A stretch of DNA of 64,000 nt from an uncultured delta proteobacterium (GCA_963828255.1 CAWHDZ010000007.1:96001-160000); one strand, 5' to 3'. Counted from the first letter of the stretch, positions 32,661 through 42,275 are shown. Numbers and translations: made by a program. The notes: generated by a model not told the origin, from the letters alone.

Positions 32661-33236
32661 CTACTGGCCGCCGAGAGACTTCAGGACGTCCTCGGCCTGG
32701 GCCTTCAGCTCCTTGCCCTTGGCCAGCGCGGCGCCGTAGTCGCCGCCCTTCACCTGGTCGGTCACCTTCTGCCAGCCCGACTCGACCGCGGCGACCCCTT
32801 CGCTGGCCTTGGCCAGGACCGCCTTGTCCATGCCGGCCGGCAGCTTCTTCGCGCCGGAGAGCGTGGCGATCCGGGTCTTCAGATCGGCGACCATCTTCGG
32901 GACGGAGGCGGAGAGTTCCCCCCAGGCCTTCACGAGCTCGTCCTTCTTCGCGGCGGCGGCGGCCAGGGCCGCCTTCACCTTCGCGGTCACGTCGCCTGCG
33001 GCGGCCAGCGCCCCCTTGTAGTCCTGCTTCGCGACCAGTTCCTTGGCCGAGGCGTAGCTCGCCTGGGCCGCCTTCACGGCGTCGGGCGCGAGCTTCGCCG
33101 CCTCGCCCTGCAGGGATTCCACGGCGGAGCCGGCTGCGGCCATGGCGGCCTCGGCGGGAGCCTTGGCGGCGTCGGTGCAGGCGACCACGAGAGCGAACGG
33201 GACGACGGCCAGGGCGAGGCGGAGGCTTCGCGACAT
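32661..33236 (-). CDS. Ala/Lys-rich helical lipoprotein
   Basis: Lipobox VVAC; GGAGGA SD. Confidence 0.75.
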   Translation of the reverse strand: MSRSLRLALAVVPFALVVACTDAAKAPAEAAMAAAGSAVESLQGEAAKLAPDAVKAAQASYASAKELVAKQDYKGALAAAGDVTAKVKAALAAAAAKKDELVKAWGELSASVPKMVADLKTRIATLSGAKKLPAGMDKAVLAKASEGVAAVESGWQKVTDQVKGGDYGAALAKGKELKAQAEDVLKSLGGQ

Positions 33237-33252
33237 GGGTGCTCCTCCGGGT

Positions 33253-34419
33253 CTACGGAGGGAAGGCCAGGTCGGCCGCGACGGTCCCGGCCGGAGCGAC
33301 CGCCGCGATGACCGCTGGGCTCGTGACGAGCGTGTCGGCGCCCGAGGCATCCACGCTCCTCCGCGTGCCCACGATGGTGTAGGCGCGGCTGGGGGCATCC
33401 GTGGGCAGCGCCGGGATGGCGTAGGTCTCCCCCGTGGTCGCCACGGCGGCCGCCACGGTCCGGACGATGAAGGGCTGGAGCACCCCCCCCGCGTCGAGCG
33501 GAAGGCGCGCATCCACCGAGTCGACCTGCGGGAGCACGGCGGCCGGCGTGATGGCGCCGGCGACGTTTCCGGTGGCCGTCGCAGCCGTGAAGGAGGCATC
33601 GAAGGTCCGGACCGGGGCGGCCGCGGTGATGGTGAGCCCCGCGCTCGCCCTGGGCTCGTAGGAGGCCACGGTCGCGCCCGCCGTGTCGAAGAAGGCCGGC
33701 TGGCTCACCACGAAGTAGGTGCCGTCGCGGGGGAGGAGGTCGAGGACGTAGTGGCCGGCCGCGTCGGTCGTGACCGACCGCACCACCGACGGAACGCCAG
33801 CGGCGACGGTCTGCGCCGTGACGACCGCTCCGGGCAGCGGCGCGAGCGTGCCGGCCACCGTGAAGGTCCCGGAGATCGACCCGGTCTCGAGCCTGTCGTA
33901 GGCACGCACCGTGGGGCGAAGGATGTACTTTCCGGAGTTCCCCGCCTCGTGGACGAAGACCGACTTGTGCGCGTCGAAGTCGATGTAGACGTCGGCGGTG
34001 GTGCCGGGCTGGATGTCGAAGTTCACGGTGAGCTTCACGCCCGACTGCTGGCCCGACGGCACCTTGAGGGGAGCCACGGTGCCGTCGAGGAGCTTCACCG
34101 TGTTGTCGGGTCCGAGCACCAGCCGCATCTGGCCGTAGCGGCCGGCGGGCAGTGGAGCGCCATCGACCAGCGTGTCGTACACGCCTCCGGTGAGGGCGAG
34201 GAGGTTGATCACGCGGTTCGGCGTACCCAGGGTCAACCAACCGTCCTCGCTCGCGATCTCGACCGTCCGGACGTCGATGTTGACCTCGGAGTACCCGTCG
34301 GACGGGGCATCGACGAGCCGCACGTTCATCGAGGCGGGGGCCGTGGAAGTCGTCCCGGAACTGCAGGCGGCGAGAAGGGTGCCGATGACGGCGATCGTAA
34401 GAATTTCGCGGACTTGCAT
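33253..34419 (-). CDS. DUF4382 domain lipoprotein
   Basis: Lipobox LAAC, LVDAP, QMRLVL, LKVPSGQQSGVK, IDFDAHKS, YILRP. Confidence 0.85.
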   Translation of the reverse strand: MQVREILTIAVIGTLLAACSSGTTSTAPASMNVRLVDAPSDGYSEVNIDVRTVEIASEDGWLTLGTPNRVINLLALTGGVYDTLVDGAPLPAGRYGQMRLVLGPDNTVKLLDGTVAPLKVPSGQQSGVKLTVNFDIQPGTTADVYIDFDAHKSVFVHEAGNSGKYILRPTVRAYDRLETGSISGTFTVAGTLAPLPGAVVTAQTVAAGVPSVVRSVTTDAAGHYVLDLLPRDGTYFVVSQPAFFDTAGATVASYEPRASAGLTITAAAPVRTFDASFTAATATGNVAGAITPAAVLPQVDSVDARLPLDAGGVLQPFIVRTVAAAVATTGETYAIPALPTDAPSRAYTIVGTRRSVDASGADTLVTSPAVIAAVAPAGTVAADLAFPP

Positions 34420-34455
34420 GTAGTTCCCCCTTGGGTCGGACGTGTACTTCGTTCC

Positions 34456-34483
34456 TTCAACACGAGGCCGTCGGAAAAGTTCC
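34456..34483 (-). promoter_or_regulatory. Putative ECF sigma promoter of the DUF4382 gene
   Basis: GGAACTT-N15-GTTGAA on the minus strand, about 40 bp upstream of the start. Confidence 0.45.
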
Positions 34484-34681
34484 GGTCAGACTTGTAGGCG
34501 ATCCCGCCGTCGAGACCGATCTGCGTCATCGAGGTGGTGTAGGACGCGATGCCCTGTCCGTAGGGTCCGGGGTGAAGCGCATCTGCTGGTAGCCGGTGAA
34601 GGTGGTGCTGGAGTAGAGGTTCTGGGCGCCGCGGTGACCGCAAGCCTCCAGCGCTTCATGCGTGTTGCTCCCTGTGGGGTT

Positions 34682-35617
34682 TCAGGCCTGACCGGCAGCG
34701 ACGAAGATCCAGCGCAGCGCGAAGCCACCCGCGAGCACCAGGAGCGGCGCCATGGCGGTCACGCGGTAGTGCAGCTTCGATTCCAGCGTCTCGAGCAGCG
34801 CGGGCACCAGCAGCCCGCCGATGACCACCAGGGTCCAGAACTGTGCGGTGTACGGGCCGCCCAGGAGCAGGCCGGCGGCGTCGCGCCCGGCGGCGCTCGA
34901 GGTGGTGAGCCCCACCAGGAAGAGCAGGATCAGCGCGAACTCGATCCCGATGGCCAGCACGTCCCAGCGCACCAGGAAGTGGCGCTCGTCGTCGGTGACC
35001 CGGAAGAGCATGAGGAAGGCCGCGCCGGTGGAGAGGCCGGAGACCAGGAAGAGGGGCCCGAGCAGCGCCGAGTTCCAGAGCGCCCGGGCGCCCAGCGTGG
35101 AGAGCAGGACCCCCGTGTACACGCCGAGTGCGACCCCGGTGCCCAGGTTCCACCAGGCGAGGCGCCGGGCCTGGCCGAGCGCGAAGGCGCGGGCCTTGCG
35201 GACGGCGCGGCCCACGGCGGCCACCCGGCACTTGCCCATTGCCCCCTCGAACTGCACCTCGGACAGGGAGGCCAGGCCGAAGAGGAGGGTCACCGGGTAG
35301 GCGACGACGAGGATCCAGGCGCCCCAGCTCATGGGCGAGGTCCAGCGCAGCGCCAGGTAGAAGCGCCAGACGAAGAGCTTGTGCGCCAGGTCGAGGAAGA
35401 GGGCGCCCATCCCCACGGAGATGAGCACCGGCGCCGCGAAGGCGAGCCAGCGCGAGGCCGGGGAGCGCTCCCCCTTCCGCAGGGCGAGCAGCGTGGAGAG
35501 GATCATGGTCCCCGCCGCCATGCCGCCCAGGAACAGGTAGACGGGGATCTCCCAGCCCCAGACGTGGAGCACGGGGTCGATCTGGAGCGAGTGGCGTGCG
35601 ACGTCGATCTCGGTCAT
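34682..35617 (-). CDS. psrC: Polysulfide reductase membrane anchor (NrfD/PsrC)
   Basis: WGWEIPVYLFLGG, FLDL, SPMSWGAW, YTGVLL, LRW. Confidence 0.9.
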   Translation of the reverse strand: MTEIDVARHSLQIDPVLHVWGWEIPVYLFLGGMAAGTMILSTLLALRKGERSPASRWLAFAAPVLISVGMGALFLDLAHKLFVWRFYLALRWTSPMSWGAWILVVAYPVTLLFGLASLSEVQFEGAMGKCRVAAVGRAVRKARAFALGQARRLAWWNLGTGVALGVYTGVLLSTLGARALWNSALLGPLFLVSGLSTGAAFLMLFRVTDDERHFLVRWDVLAIGIEFALILLFLVGLTTSSAAGRDAAGLLLGGPYTAQFWTLVVIGGLLVPALLETLESKLHYRVTAMAPLLVLAGGFALRWIFVAAGQA

Positions 35618-35639
35618 GTGCGTGTCCTCGGGCGCGGAC

Positions 35640-36851
35640 CTAGCCGCCGCAGCCGCCGCCTCCGGCCTTCTTCCTGGGAGCGCCGCCGTCCACCGGCACC
35701 GGGGGCGGGGGGGCTGCCTTCACGCCGGTCATGGCCGCGGCGATCCCGGCGCGCAGCCGGTAGCTCTCGAGCACCTCGGGGCTCGCTCCCGCGGCGGGCG
35801 CCTCGGGGGGCGTCAGCGCGAAGGCGCTCCAGGCGGGGAAGCCGCCGGCGAGGGTCGCGACCCGCCCGGGATACGCGGCGGCTGCCGGGGGGATGGAACC
35901 GAGGCCCGGGGCGGCGACGATGACCAGCTCCCGGGCGCCGTTGGCGTCGGCGAGACCGAGCTTCGCCAGGTCGGCGGCGGGCACGCACTCGGATCCCGGG
36001 ACCCGCGCCGCGGCGCACTCGGCCATGGGACGCACGTCGATGACGCGGACCTTCCAGGGCTGGTCGAGGACCCTGTGGGCGAGCTGCATGGCCGTGAGCG
36101 ACTCCACCGGCTTCTGGCTTGCGGCGCTCCCGGTGGGGACGGCCATGGTGGCGAGGCCGACCACCGCGAAGGCGACGAAGCCGGCGAAGACCATCCGCGT
36201 GGTGGAGGGGGACGCCGCCTCGGCCGGGAGGGCGCCCTTGCTCCGGACCAGGTCCTGGACCTTCTGCGCGCCCAGGAAGGCGCCGATGGCCATCGCGGCG
36301 ACCGCCAGCGCGACCACGGCGGGCCCGACCCTGGGCGGCAGGCCGAGCAGGTCGTAGAGGTAGACGTGCCCCATGTCGCTCGCGTTCTGGAGGCGCGAGA
36401 TGGCCGGGTAGTGCTCGATGGCGGTCCACGCCACCTGGCCGACGATGACGCCCACCACGGCCATGAGCCCGTCCCACTTGCCCGAGGCCATGGCCACCAT
36501 CGACGTGCCGGGGCAGTACCCGGAGACGATGAAGCCCACGCCCAGCGCGAACCCGCCGATGATCATCGGCCAGAGGAACGTCGAGCTGGTGGCGTAGTCG
36601 GCGACGGCGCGCAGGTCCATGAGCCCGAGGCCGGAGAGCACCACCGTGCCCAGCATGGCGGTGACGATGGCGCCGAACATGACCTTCAGCACGGTCATGT
36701 CCGTGCCGTAGAACTGGCCGGCGAGCTTGGTGGAGCGGCCGAAGCCGGCCCGCTCCAGCACGAAGCCGAAGCCGAAGCCGATGAGCACGCCGACCACGAG
36801 GCCGAGCTCCCGGGCCTCTCCGGAGAGCGACCAGAAGGGGAGGAGGTTCAT
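35640..36851 (-). CDS. YeeE/YedE sulfur transporter fused to rhodanese-like domain with C-terminal GGGGCGG tail
   Basis: GFGFVLERAGF, GYCPGT; IDVR...RVPGS...LAGGFPAW; ends RKKAGGGGCGG. Confidence 0.85.
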   Translation of the reverse strand: MNLLPFWSLSGEARELGLVVGVLIGFGFGFVLERAGFGRSTKLAGQFYGTDMTVLKVMFGAIVTAMLGTVVLSGLGLMDLRAVADYATSSTFLWPMIIGGFALGVGFIVSGYCPGTSMVAMASGKWDGLMAVVGVIVGQVAWTAIEHYPAISRLQNASDMGHVYLYDLLGLPPRVGPAVVALAVAAMAIGAFLGAQKVQDLVRSKGALPAEAASPSTTRMVFAGFVAFAVVGLATMAVPTGSAASQKPVESLTAMQLAHRVLDQPWKVRVIDVRPMAECAAARVPGSECVPAADLAKLGLADANGARELVIVAAPGLGSIPPAAAAYPGRVATLAGGFPAWSAFALTPPEAPAAGASPEVLESYRLRAGIAAAMTGVKAAPPPPVPVDGGAPRKKAGGGGCGG

Positions 36852-37363
36852 CGCCACTCCTTCCGGACGAACCACGCGGTCGCGTAGCCGCCCGCGAAGA
36901 CCGAGAACATGAATGCCCAGCTGCCCACGCTCATGAGCGCGCCGCCGGAGAGGGCCTGGCCCGAGGTGCAGCCGCGGGTGACGCGTGCCGCTGCTCCCAT
37001 GATGATGCCTCCCAGGAGCGCGAAGAGGAGCCGCTTGCCCTTCGGGAAGGTGGGGCCGCCGAGCGTCTCGGCCTTGAGCCGGCCGGAGGTGTAGGCGCCG
37101 ACGAAGCCGCCCAGCAGGACTCCGAGGACCTCGAAGGCGAGCCAGAAGTCGAAGGGGCGCCCGTGGTTCCAGGCCTTCGCCAGGCCCGGCGTGGACTCGA
37201 CGAAGCCGGGCGCCACCGCGCCCACGGCGGCCACCCCCATGCGCAGCGACGCGCCGGACGCGCCCAGCCCCATTCCCATGATGGAGATGCTGGCGAGGAG
37301 CACCAGGCCCAGCGCGACGCCGGCCAGGTATGGGTTCCAGAACTTGTCGGGATTCCGTTCCAT
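36848..37363 (-). CDS. YeeE/YedE sulfur transporter half
   Basis: WNPYLAG, GLGASG, RGCTSGQALSG. Confidence 0.88.
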   Translation of the reverse strand: MERNPDKFWNPYLAGVALGLVLLASISIMGMGLGASGASLRMGVAAVGAVAPGFVESTPGLAKAWNHGRPFDFWLAFEVLGVLLGGFVGAYTSGRLKAETLGGPTFPKGKRLLFALLGGIIMGAAARVTRGCTSGQALSGGALMSVGSWAFMFSVFAGGYATAWFVRKEWR

Positions 37364-37373
37364 GGCGGCTCCG

Positions 37374-37913
37374 TCAGGAGAGGAAGAACACGTTGGGCTC
37401 GTTGCCGGTCTCGGGCTGGAGCACCTTCACCTTGCGTGTGTGCACGAGGCGGGAGACCGCGCTGTCCGGGTCGTTCAGGTCGCCGAAGGTGAGCGACCGG
37501 GTCGGGCAGACCTCGACGCAGGCCGTGGGCTGCCCCTTCTTCACCCGGTGCAGGCAGAAGGTGCACTTGTCCACGTATCCCGAGGGGTGGACGTAGCGGG
37601 CGCCGTAGGCGCAGGAGGTGATGCAGGCCTTGCAGCCGGTGCACTTGGCCGGATTCACCATCACCACCCCGCCCTCCTGCACGTGGGAGGCGCCGGTCGG
37701 GCAGGCGTCCACGCACGGGGAGTTCGTGCAGTGGTTGCAGCGCTCGGAGCGGATCTCCATGGCGAGGCCGGGGAAGGTGCCCGTCACCTCGGTGGTGATC
37801 CAGTCGCGGAACCCGCCGTCGGGCAGGCCGTTCTCGGTCTTGCAGGAGATGACGCAGGCGTTGCAGCCCACGCAGCGGCGGGTGTCCACCGCCATGGCGT
37901 AGCGCTTCTTCAC
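37374..37913 (-). CDS. psrB: Polysulfide/thiosulfate reductase Fe-S subunit
   Basis: CVGCNACVISC, CNHCTNSPCVDACP, CTGCKACITSC, DKCTFC...CVEVCP. Confidence 0.92.
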   Translation of the reverse strand: MKKRYAMAVDTRRCVGCNACVISCKTENGLPDGGFRDWITTEVTGTFPGLAMEIRSERCNHCTNSPCVDACPTGASHVQEGGVVMVNPAKCTGCKACITSCAYGARYVHPSGYVDKCTFCLHRVKKGQPTACVEVCPTRSLTFGDLNDPDSAVSRLVHTRKVKVLQPETGNEPNVFFLS

Positions 37914-40135
37914 GCGGCACCTCCCGCGAGCTCGATTCGCACGAAGTTCACGTTCATGCCGGTGCCGCCCATGATCGGGTCCACCTTGTAGCGGGTGGTG
38001 AGCGCGCTGGTGGAGGCGCCGCGTCCCCGGGCGTACTTGAGACCCTTGGCGGTGTGGCCCCACCCGTGGACGAGGTAGACGCAGTCGCCGCGGATGCGCT
38101 CGGTCACCTTGGCGCGGACCGGGCCGGACTTCACGCCGTCCTGGTTCACGAGCATGACCCGGTCGCCGTCCTTCACCGGGGTGGGCATGGCCCGCGCCGC
38201 GTCGGCGTTCACCCAGACCTCGTTCTCCGGGTAGGGCTGGGCCAGGAGCCGGTTGTTGGTGGTGCGGCCGAAGGTGTGGGTCGGGGCGCGCCCCATGAGC
38301 AGCCGGAAGTGACCGGGCGGCCCCTCGTCGGGTGGATAGAAGACGGGGAGCGGATCGAAGCCCAGCTTGGCGAGCGCAGCGCTGTGGAGCTGGATCTTGC
38401 CGTCCTCGGTCGAGATGGGCGGCGCCGCTCCCTCCTCCGCGCAGGTGGCGATGCGCTTGCCGAGCAGCACGCCCTTGCGGCGGAGCTCGATGAGGTCGAG
38501 CCCCGAGGCGCGCGCCCGCGCGTCCACGAACTCGCGCCCGTCGGTCCAGGGGAAGTACTCGCCGAGGCCGGTGCGGATGCCCATCTCCTTGGCGATCCAC
38601 CAGCCCGGCTTCGAGTCGTACATGGGCTCGACGGCAGCCTGCCGGACGGCGACGAAGGGGGTCTTGTACGCCGGCGCCGCGAGGTCGTCGTCCCGTTCCA
38701 GGTAGGTGGCCTCGGGCAGCACCACGTCCGCCCAGCCGCAGATCTCGGCGGGGAGCACGTCGATGGCCACCATGAAGTCCAGGTTCTGGATGGCCTTGAT
38801 GGTCTCCTGCGGCGCCGGGAGCGACTGGATGAGGTTCGTGCCGTAGACGATCCAGGCCTTCATGTCGTAGGCGGCGAAGCCGGGCTTCGTCGCGTCGCAG
38901 AGCCCGGAGGCCAGGACCTCGTCGGCCACCGGGTAGCCGCCCTGCCTGGGCCGGTCGGCCACTGGTCGGACCTTCTGGGATCCTGGCTTCAGGGGGTAGG
39001 GGGCCACCGAGACCTTGCCCGTCGCGAGGTAGCCGCCGCGGCGCCCCCAGCTGCCGAGGAGGGCGGCCAGGATGGCCATGGCGCGGCCGCGCTGGGTGTC
39101 GTCGCCGGTCCAGGTGGTGTGGCGTCCCGGGTGGATGAGCGAGGCGGGGCGGGCCGAGGCGATGAAGCGGGCCGAGTCGCGGATGAGGCCGGGCTCCACG
39201 CCGGTGAGCGGCCAGGCCCACTCCGGCGTCTTGCCGGCCACGTGGGCCTTCAGCTCCTCCAGGCCGGTGGCGTGCTTCGCCAGGTACTCCGCGTCGTACC
39301 GCCCCTCCTCCAGGATCACGTTCATCCAGGCCAGCAGGAGCGCGATGTCGGTGCCCGGCTTGATGGGCAGCCAGTACTTCGCCTTGCCGGCCGCCACCGA
39401 GTAGCGCGGGTCCACCACCACGAGCTCGGCCCCCTTGCCGAGCGCCGAGGCCATCTCCTGCACCTGGGTGTTGTGCATGTTCTCGCCCAGGTGGCTGCCG
39501 ATGAGGGTGATGACGCGGGCGTTCTCGATGTCGATGGGCTCGGGCGAGCCGAGCGCCGAGCCGTATGTGAGGGTGTAGGCGGCCTCGCGGGGGCCGCGGC
39601 ACTGGGCGTAGGAGGGGGCCCCGATGTTGGGTGATCCCCAGACCTTCATGAACCACTTGAACCAGCTGCCCCCGAAACCGTGGGTGAAGAGTGCGACGGC
39701 CTCCGGGCCGTGCTGCGCCTTCACCTTGAGAAGACCCTCCCCGACCTTGTTCAGCGCCGCGTCCCAGGAGACCTCCTCGAAGACGTCGTCCCCGCGCTTC
39801 GAGGTGCGGATGAGGGGGCGCTTCAACCGGTCGGGGTCGTAGAGCTGGCCGGTGGCCCCGGCGCCGCGCGGGCAGAGCATGCCCTTCGAGAGCGGGTGCT
39901 CGGGGTTGCCGGTGATCTTGGTGACCCGGCCGTCCTTCACGTGGGCGAGAACGCCGCAGTTCCAGAAGCAGAGTTCGCAGAAGCTCGCGACGACCTTGTC
40001 GCCGTCGGTTCCGGGGTCCTTCACCGGGTTTCCGTCGAGGCCCCACCAGTTCGTGGTGAGGCCGGAGCCGACCGCGGCGACGCCGGCGGTGGCCGCTCCG
40101 ATCTGGATGAACTTCCGGCGGGTGATGGCGCTCAT
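37910..40135 (-). CDS. psrA: Polysulfide/thiosulfate reductase molybdopterin subunit (PsrA/PhsA)
   Basis: Tat TRRKFI, CELCFWNC...LCPRG, PSYAQCRGPR (Mo-ligand Cys), HLGENMHN. Confidence 0.9.
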   Translation of the reverse strand: MSAITRRKFIQIGAATAGVAAVGSGLTTNWWGLDGNPVKDPGTDGDKVVASFCELCFWNCGVLAHVKDGRVTKITGNPEHPLSKGMLCPRGAGATGQLYDPDRLKRPLIRTSKRGDDVFEEVSWDAALNKVGEGLLKVKAQHGPEAVALFTHGFGGSWFKWFMKVWGSPNIGAPSYAQCRGPREAAYTLTYGSALGSPEPIDIENARVITLIGSHLGENMHNTQVQEMASALGKGAELVVVDPRYSVAAGKAKYWLPIKPGTDIALLLAWMNVILEEGRYDAEYLAKHATGLEELKAHVAGKTPEWAWPLTGVEPGLIRDSARFIASARPASLIHPGRHTTWTGDDTQRGRAMAILAALLGSWGRRGGYLATGKVSVAPYPLKPGSQKVRPVADRPRQGGYPVADEVLASGLCDATKPGFAAYDMKAWIVYGTNLIQSLPAPQETIKAIQNLDFMVAIDVLPAEICGWADVVLPEATYLERDDDLAAPAYKTPFVAVRQAAVEPMYDSKPGWWIAKEMGIRTGLGEYFPWTDGREFVDARARASGLDLIELRRKGVLLGKRIATCAEEGAAPPISTEDGKIQLHSAALAKLGFDPLPVFYPPDEGPPGHFRLLMGRAPTHTFGRTTNNRLLAQPYPENEVWVNADAARAMPTPVKDGDRVMLVNQDGVKSGPVRAKVTERIRGDCVYLVHGWGHTAKGLKYARGRGASTSALTTRYKVDPIMGGTGMNVNFVRIELAGGAA

Positions 40136-40149
40136 GGAGCGCTGAACTG

Positions 40150-40165
40150 TGCCGGGAGCGTGCCA
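40150..40165 (-). promoter_or_regulatory. Sigma54 (-24/-12) promoter of the psr operon
   Basis: TGGCACGCTCCCGGCA (GG-N10-GC) just upstream of psrA, next to a sigma54 activator gene. Confidence 0.6.
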
Positions 40166-40226
40166 GCGCGAAGGCTTGGAAACTTCCAATGATCGCGGCT
40201 AAATGGACTGAATTTACCGACGATGC

Positions 40227-40284
40227 TGCAACGTTACGTTGCAACGTTGCGTTCCATTCGAAACGTCATGGTGCAAACCGTTTC
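40227..40284. promoter_or_regulatory. Palindromic enhancer-like sites (putative activator binding sites)
   Basis: TGCAACGT-T-ACGTTGCA, overlapping GCAACGTTGC, and GAAACG-N13-CGTTTC in an AT-rich spacer. Confidence 0.55.
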
Positions 40285-40288
40285 ATCC

Positions 40289-41668
40289 TCAACCCAGCCC
40301 CAGCTCCCGCATCTTCCGCCAGAGCGTGGTCCGACTCATCCCCAGGGCGGTGGCGGCCTGGGCCCGGTTCCACCGGCTCGCCTCCAGCGCGGCCCGGATC
40401 CGGGCGGGTTCTCCATCGGGCGACGGCTCGGGGCGAACGGCGACCGCATCCGGCCTGCGCGTCGGCCCCGCGGCGCCGCCCAGGACCTCGGGCGGCAGGT
40501 CCTCGGGAACCACCGTGTGCCCCTTCGCCACGGTGACCGCGTACTCGAGCGCATTCTCCAGCTCGCGCACGTTCCCCGGCCAGGTGTAGGCCAGGATGGA
40601 GCGCAGGGCGTCGGGGGAGAAGCGGAGCGCGCGTCCGTGGCGGCCGCCCACCCGGCCGAGGAGGAAGCTGGCCAGCGGCTCGATGTCCTCCCGGCGCTCG
40701 CGGAGCGGAGGCAGCTCGAGGGGGAAGACGCGGAGCCGGTAGTAGAGGTCCTCCCGGAACGCGCCGGTCTCGACGGCCCGGCGCAGGTCCTTGTTGGTGG
40801 CGGCGATGATGCGTGCGGTCGAGGTGCGCGGCCTGCTCTCGCCGACGCGCTCGAAGGTCTTCTCCTGGAGCACGCGGAGCAGCTTCACCTGGAGGTGGAG
40901 GGGGACGTCCCCGACCTCGTCGAGGAAGAGGGTCCCGTCGGATGCCAGCTCGAAGCGCCCGGCGCGGTCGCGGACGGCCCCGGTGAAGGCGCCCCGCACG
41001 TGGCCGAAGAGCTCGGCCTCGAGCAGCTCGCCGGGCAGGGCCGCGCAGTTCACTGCGAGGAAGGGCCCGTTGCGGCGGATGGAGTGGGTGTGGATGGCGC
41101 GCGCCATCACCTCCTTGCCGGTCCCGCTCTCTCCGGTCAGCAGGATGGTCACGTCGCTGTGCTGGAGGTTCTCCACCAGCCGGAAGATCCGGGTCATCGA
41201 CGTCGAGCGGGCGATGAGCCCCCCGAAGCTGGTGGGCGCCTGCGCCGCCGTGCCGTCGGTCTCGTCGGCCGGGCGCATGACCACGATGTAGCTCGCCTCC
41301 GGATCGCAGACACCGTTCGGGTCGTGGCGAAGTGGGGCCACGGTGATCGAGACCAGGCGGGAGCCCGACGGCTCCGCGCGCAGCGACGCGCGCCACCCCT
41401 CGCGCTTCTCCCCGGCCAGGAGGGCCTCGCGCAGCGCTCCTCCCTGGCCGAAGAGTTCCGGTCCGAAGAGCGTCTCGACCGGCTTCCCCAGCAGGGCCTG
41501 CGCGGCGCCCTTGCCGACGAGCGTGTCGAGCTGCTGGGAGACGTGGCGCACGCGGAAGTCGGCGTCGAGCGCCATGCAGACCCGCCCGATCGACCCGAGG
41601 ACCGCGTTGACCGCGGCGAATCCGGCCCGGATGACCGAGGTGTCGTTGACCTCCGTGCTCGCTGCCAT
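40289..41668 (-). CDS. Sigma54-dependent enhancer-binding protein (PAS-like, AAA+, Fis HTH)
   Basis: GESGTGKE, GAFTGA, FLDEVG, FREDLYYRL, WPGNVREL, LGMSRTTLWRK. Confidence 0.95.
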   Translation of the reverse strand: MAASTEVNDTSVIRAGFAAVNAVLGSIGRVCMALDADFRVRHVSQQLDTLVGKGAAQALLGKPVETLFGPELFGQGGALREALLAGEKREGWRASLRAEPSGSRLVSITVAPLRHDPNGVCDPEASYIVVMRPADETDGTAAQAPTSFGGLIARSTSMTRIFRLVENLQHSDVTILLTGESGTGKEVMARAIHTHSIRRNGPFLAVNCAALPGELLEAELFGHVRGAFTGAVRDRAGRFELASDGTLFLDEVGDVPLHLQVKLLRVLQEKTFERVGESRPRTSTARIIAATNKDLRRAVETGAFREDLYYRLRVFPLELPPLRERREDIEPLASFLLGRVGGRHGRALRFSPDALRSILAYTWPGNVRELENALEYAVTVAKGHTVVPEDLPPEVLGGAAGPTRRPDAVAVRPEPSPDGEPARIRAALEASRWNRAQAATALGMSRTTLWRKMRELGLG

Positions 41669-41720
41669 GCGCCGCGAATGGTGGCCGAATCCCGCGCGTC
41701 ACGCAATCGCGGCGCCGACC

Positions 41721-41749
41721 CGAACCCTTTCCCGGCCGCGAGGCTCCAA
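41721..41749 (+). promoter_or_regulatory. Conserved ECF-type promoter motif, copy 1
   Basis: CGAACCC-N14-GGCTCCAA upstream of cytochrome gene. Confidence 0.65.
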
Positions 41750-41773
41750 CACGGACACCCCCGGAGGACCCCC

Positions 41774-42259
41774 ATGGCCCACCCGACCCGAATCGCCGCC
41801 GCCCTGCTCCTCGCCGCCTCCGGGATCGCCGGTGGGATGGCCGCCGCCGAGGGTCCCGCGCCCGTCGCCCTCCCCAAGGACTTCCGCTCCTGGACCCACG
41901 TCCGGTCCATGGTGGTCACCGATCCGGAGGAGGGGATGTACGGGTTCCACAACGTCTACGCCAACGCCCCGGCGCTGAAGGCGCTCCGGTCCTCGAAGGC
42001 TCCGGTCGTCTTCCCCGACGGCTCCACCTTCGTGGTCTCCATCTTCGAGGTGAAGCAGGAGAAGGGGCTCGTCGTCGCCGGGGAGAAGCAGCGCGACGTG
42101 ATGCAGGTGAAGGACGCCCGGGCCAAGGGGACCGGCGGGTGGCGCTTCGCCTCCTTCGACCCGGCCGGGAAGCCCATCGCCATCGACGCCGCTTCCTGCG
42201 CCGCCTGTCACACGCAGGCGGGGGCGATCGACATGGTGTTCACGAAATACGTTCCCTGA
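41774..42259 (+). CDS. Cytochrome P460 / c'-beta family protein
   Basis: Signal peptide, FHNVYAN, FPDGS, MQVKD, GGWRFASF, CAACH. Confidence 0.8.
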   Translation: MAHPTRIAAALLLAASGIAGGMAAAEGPAPVALPKDFRSWTHVRSMVVTDPEEGMYGFHNVYANAPALKALRSSKAPVVFPDGSTFVVSIFEVKQEKGLVVAGEKQRDVMQVKDARAKGTGGWRFASFDPAGKPIAIDAASCAACHTQAGAIDMVFTKYVP

Positions 42260-42275
42260 CCCGCTTCGGAGGGTC

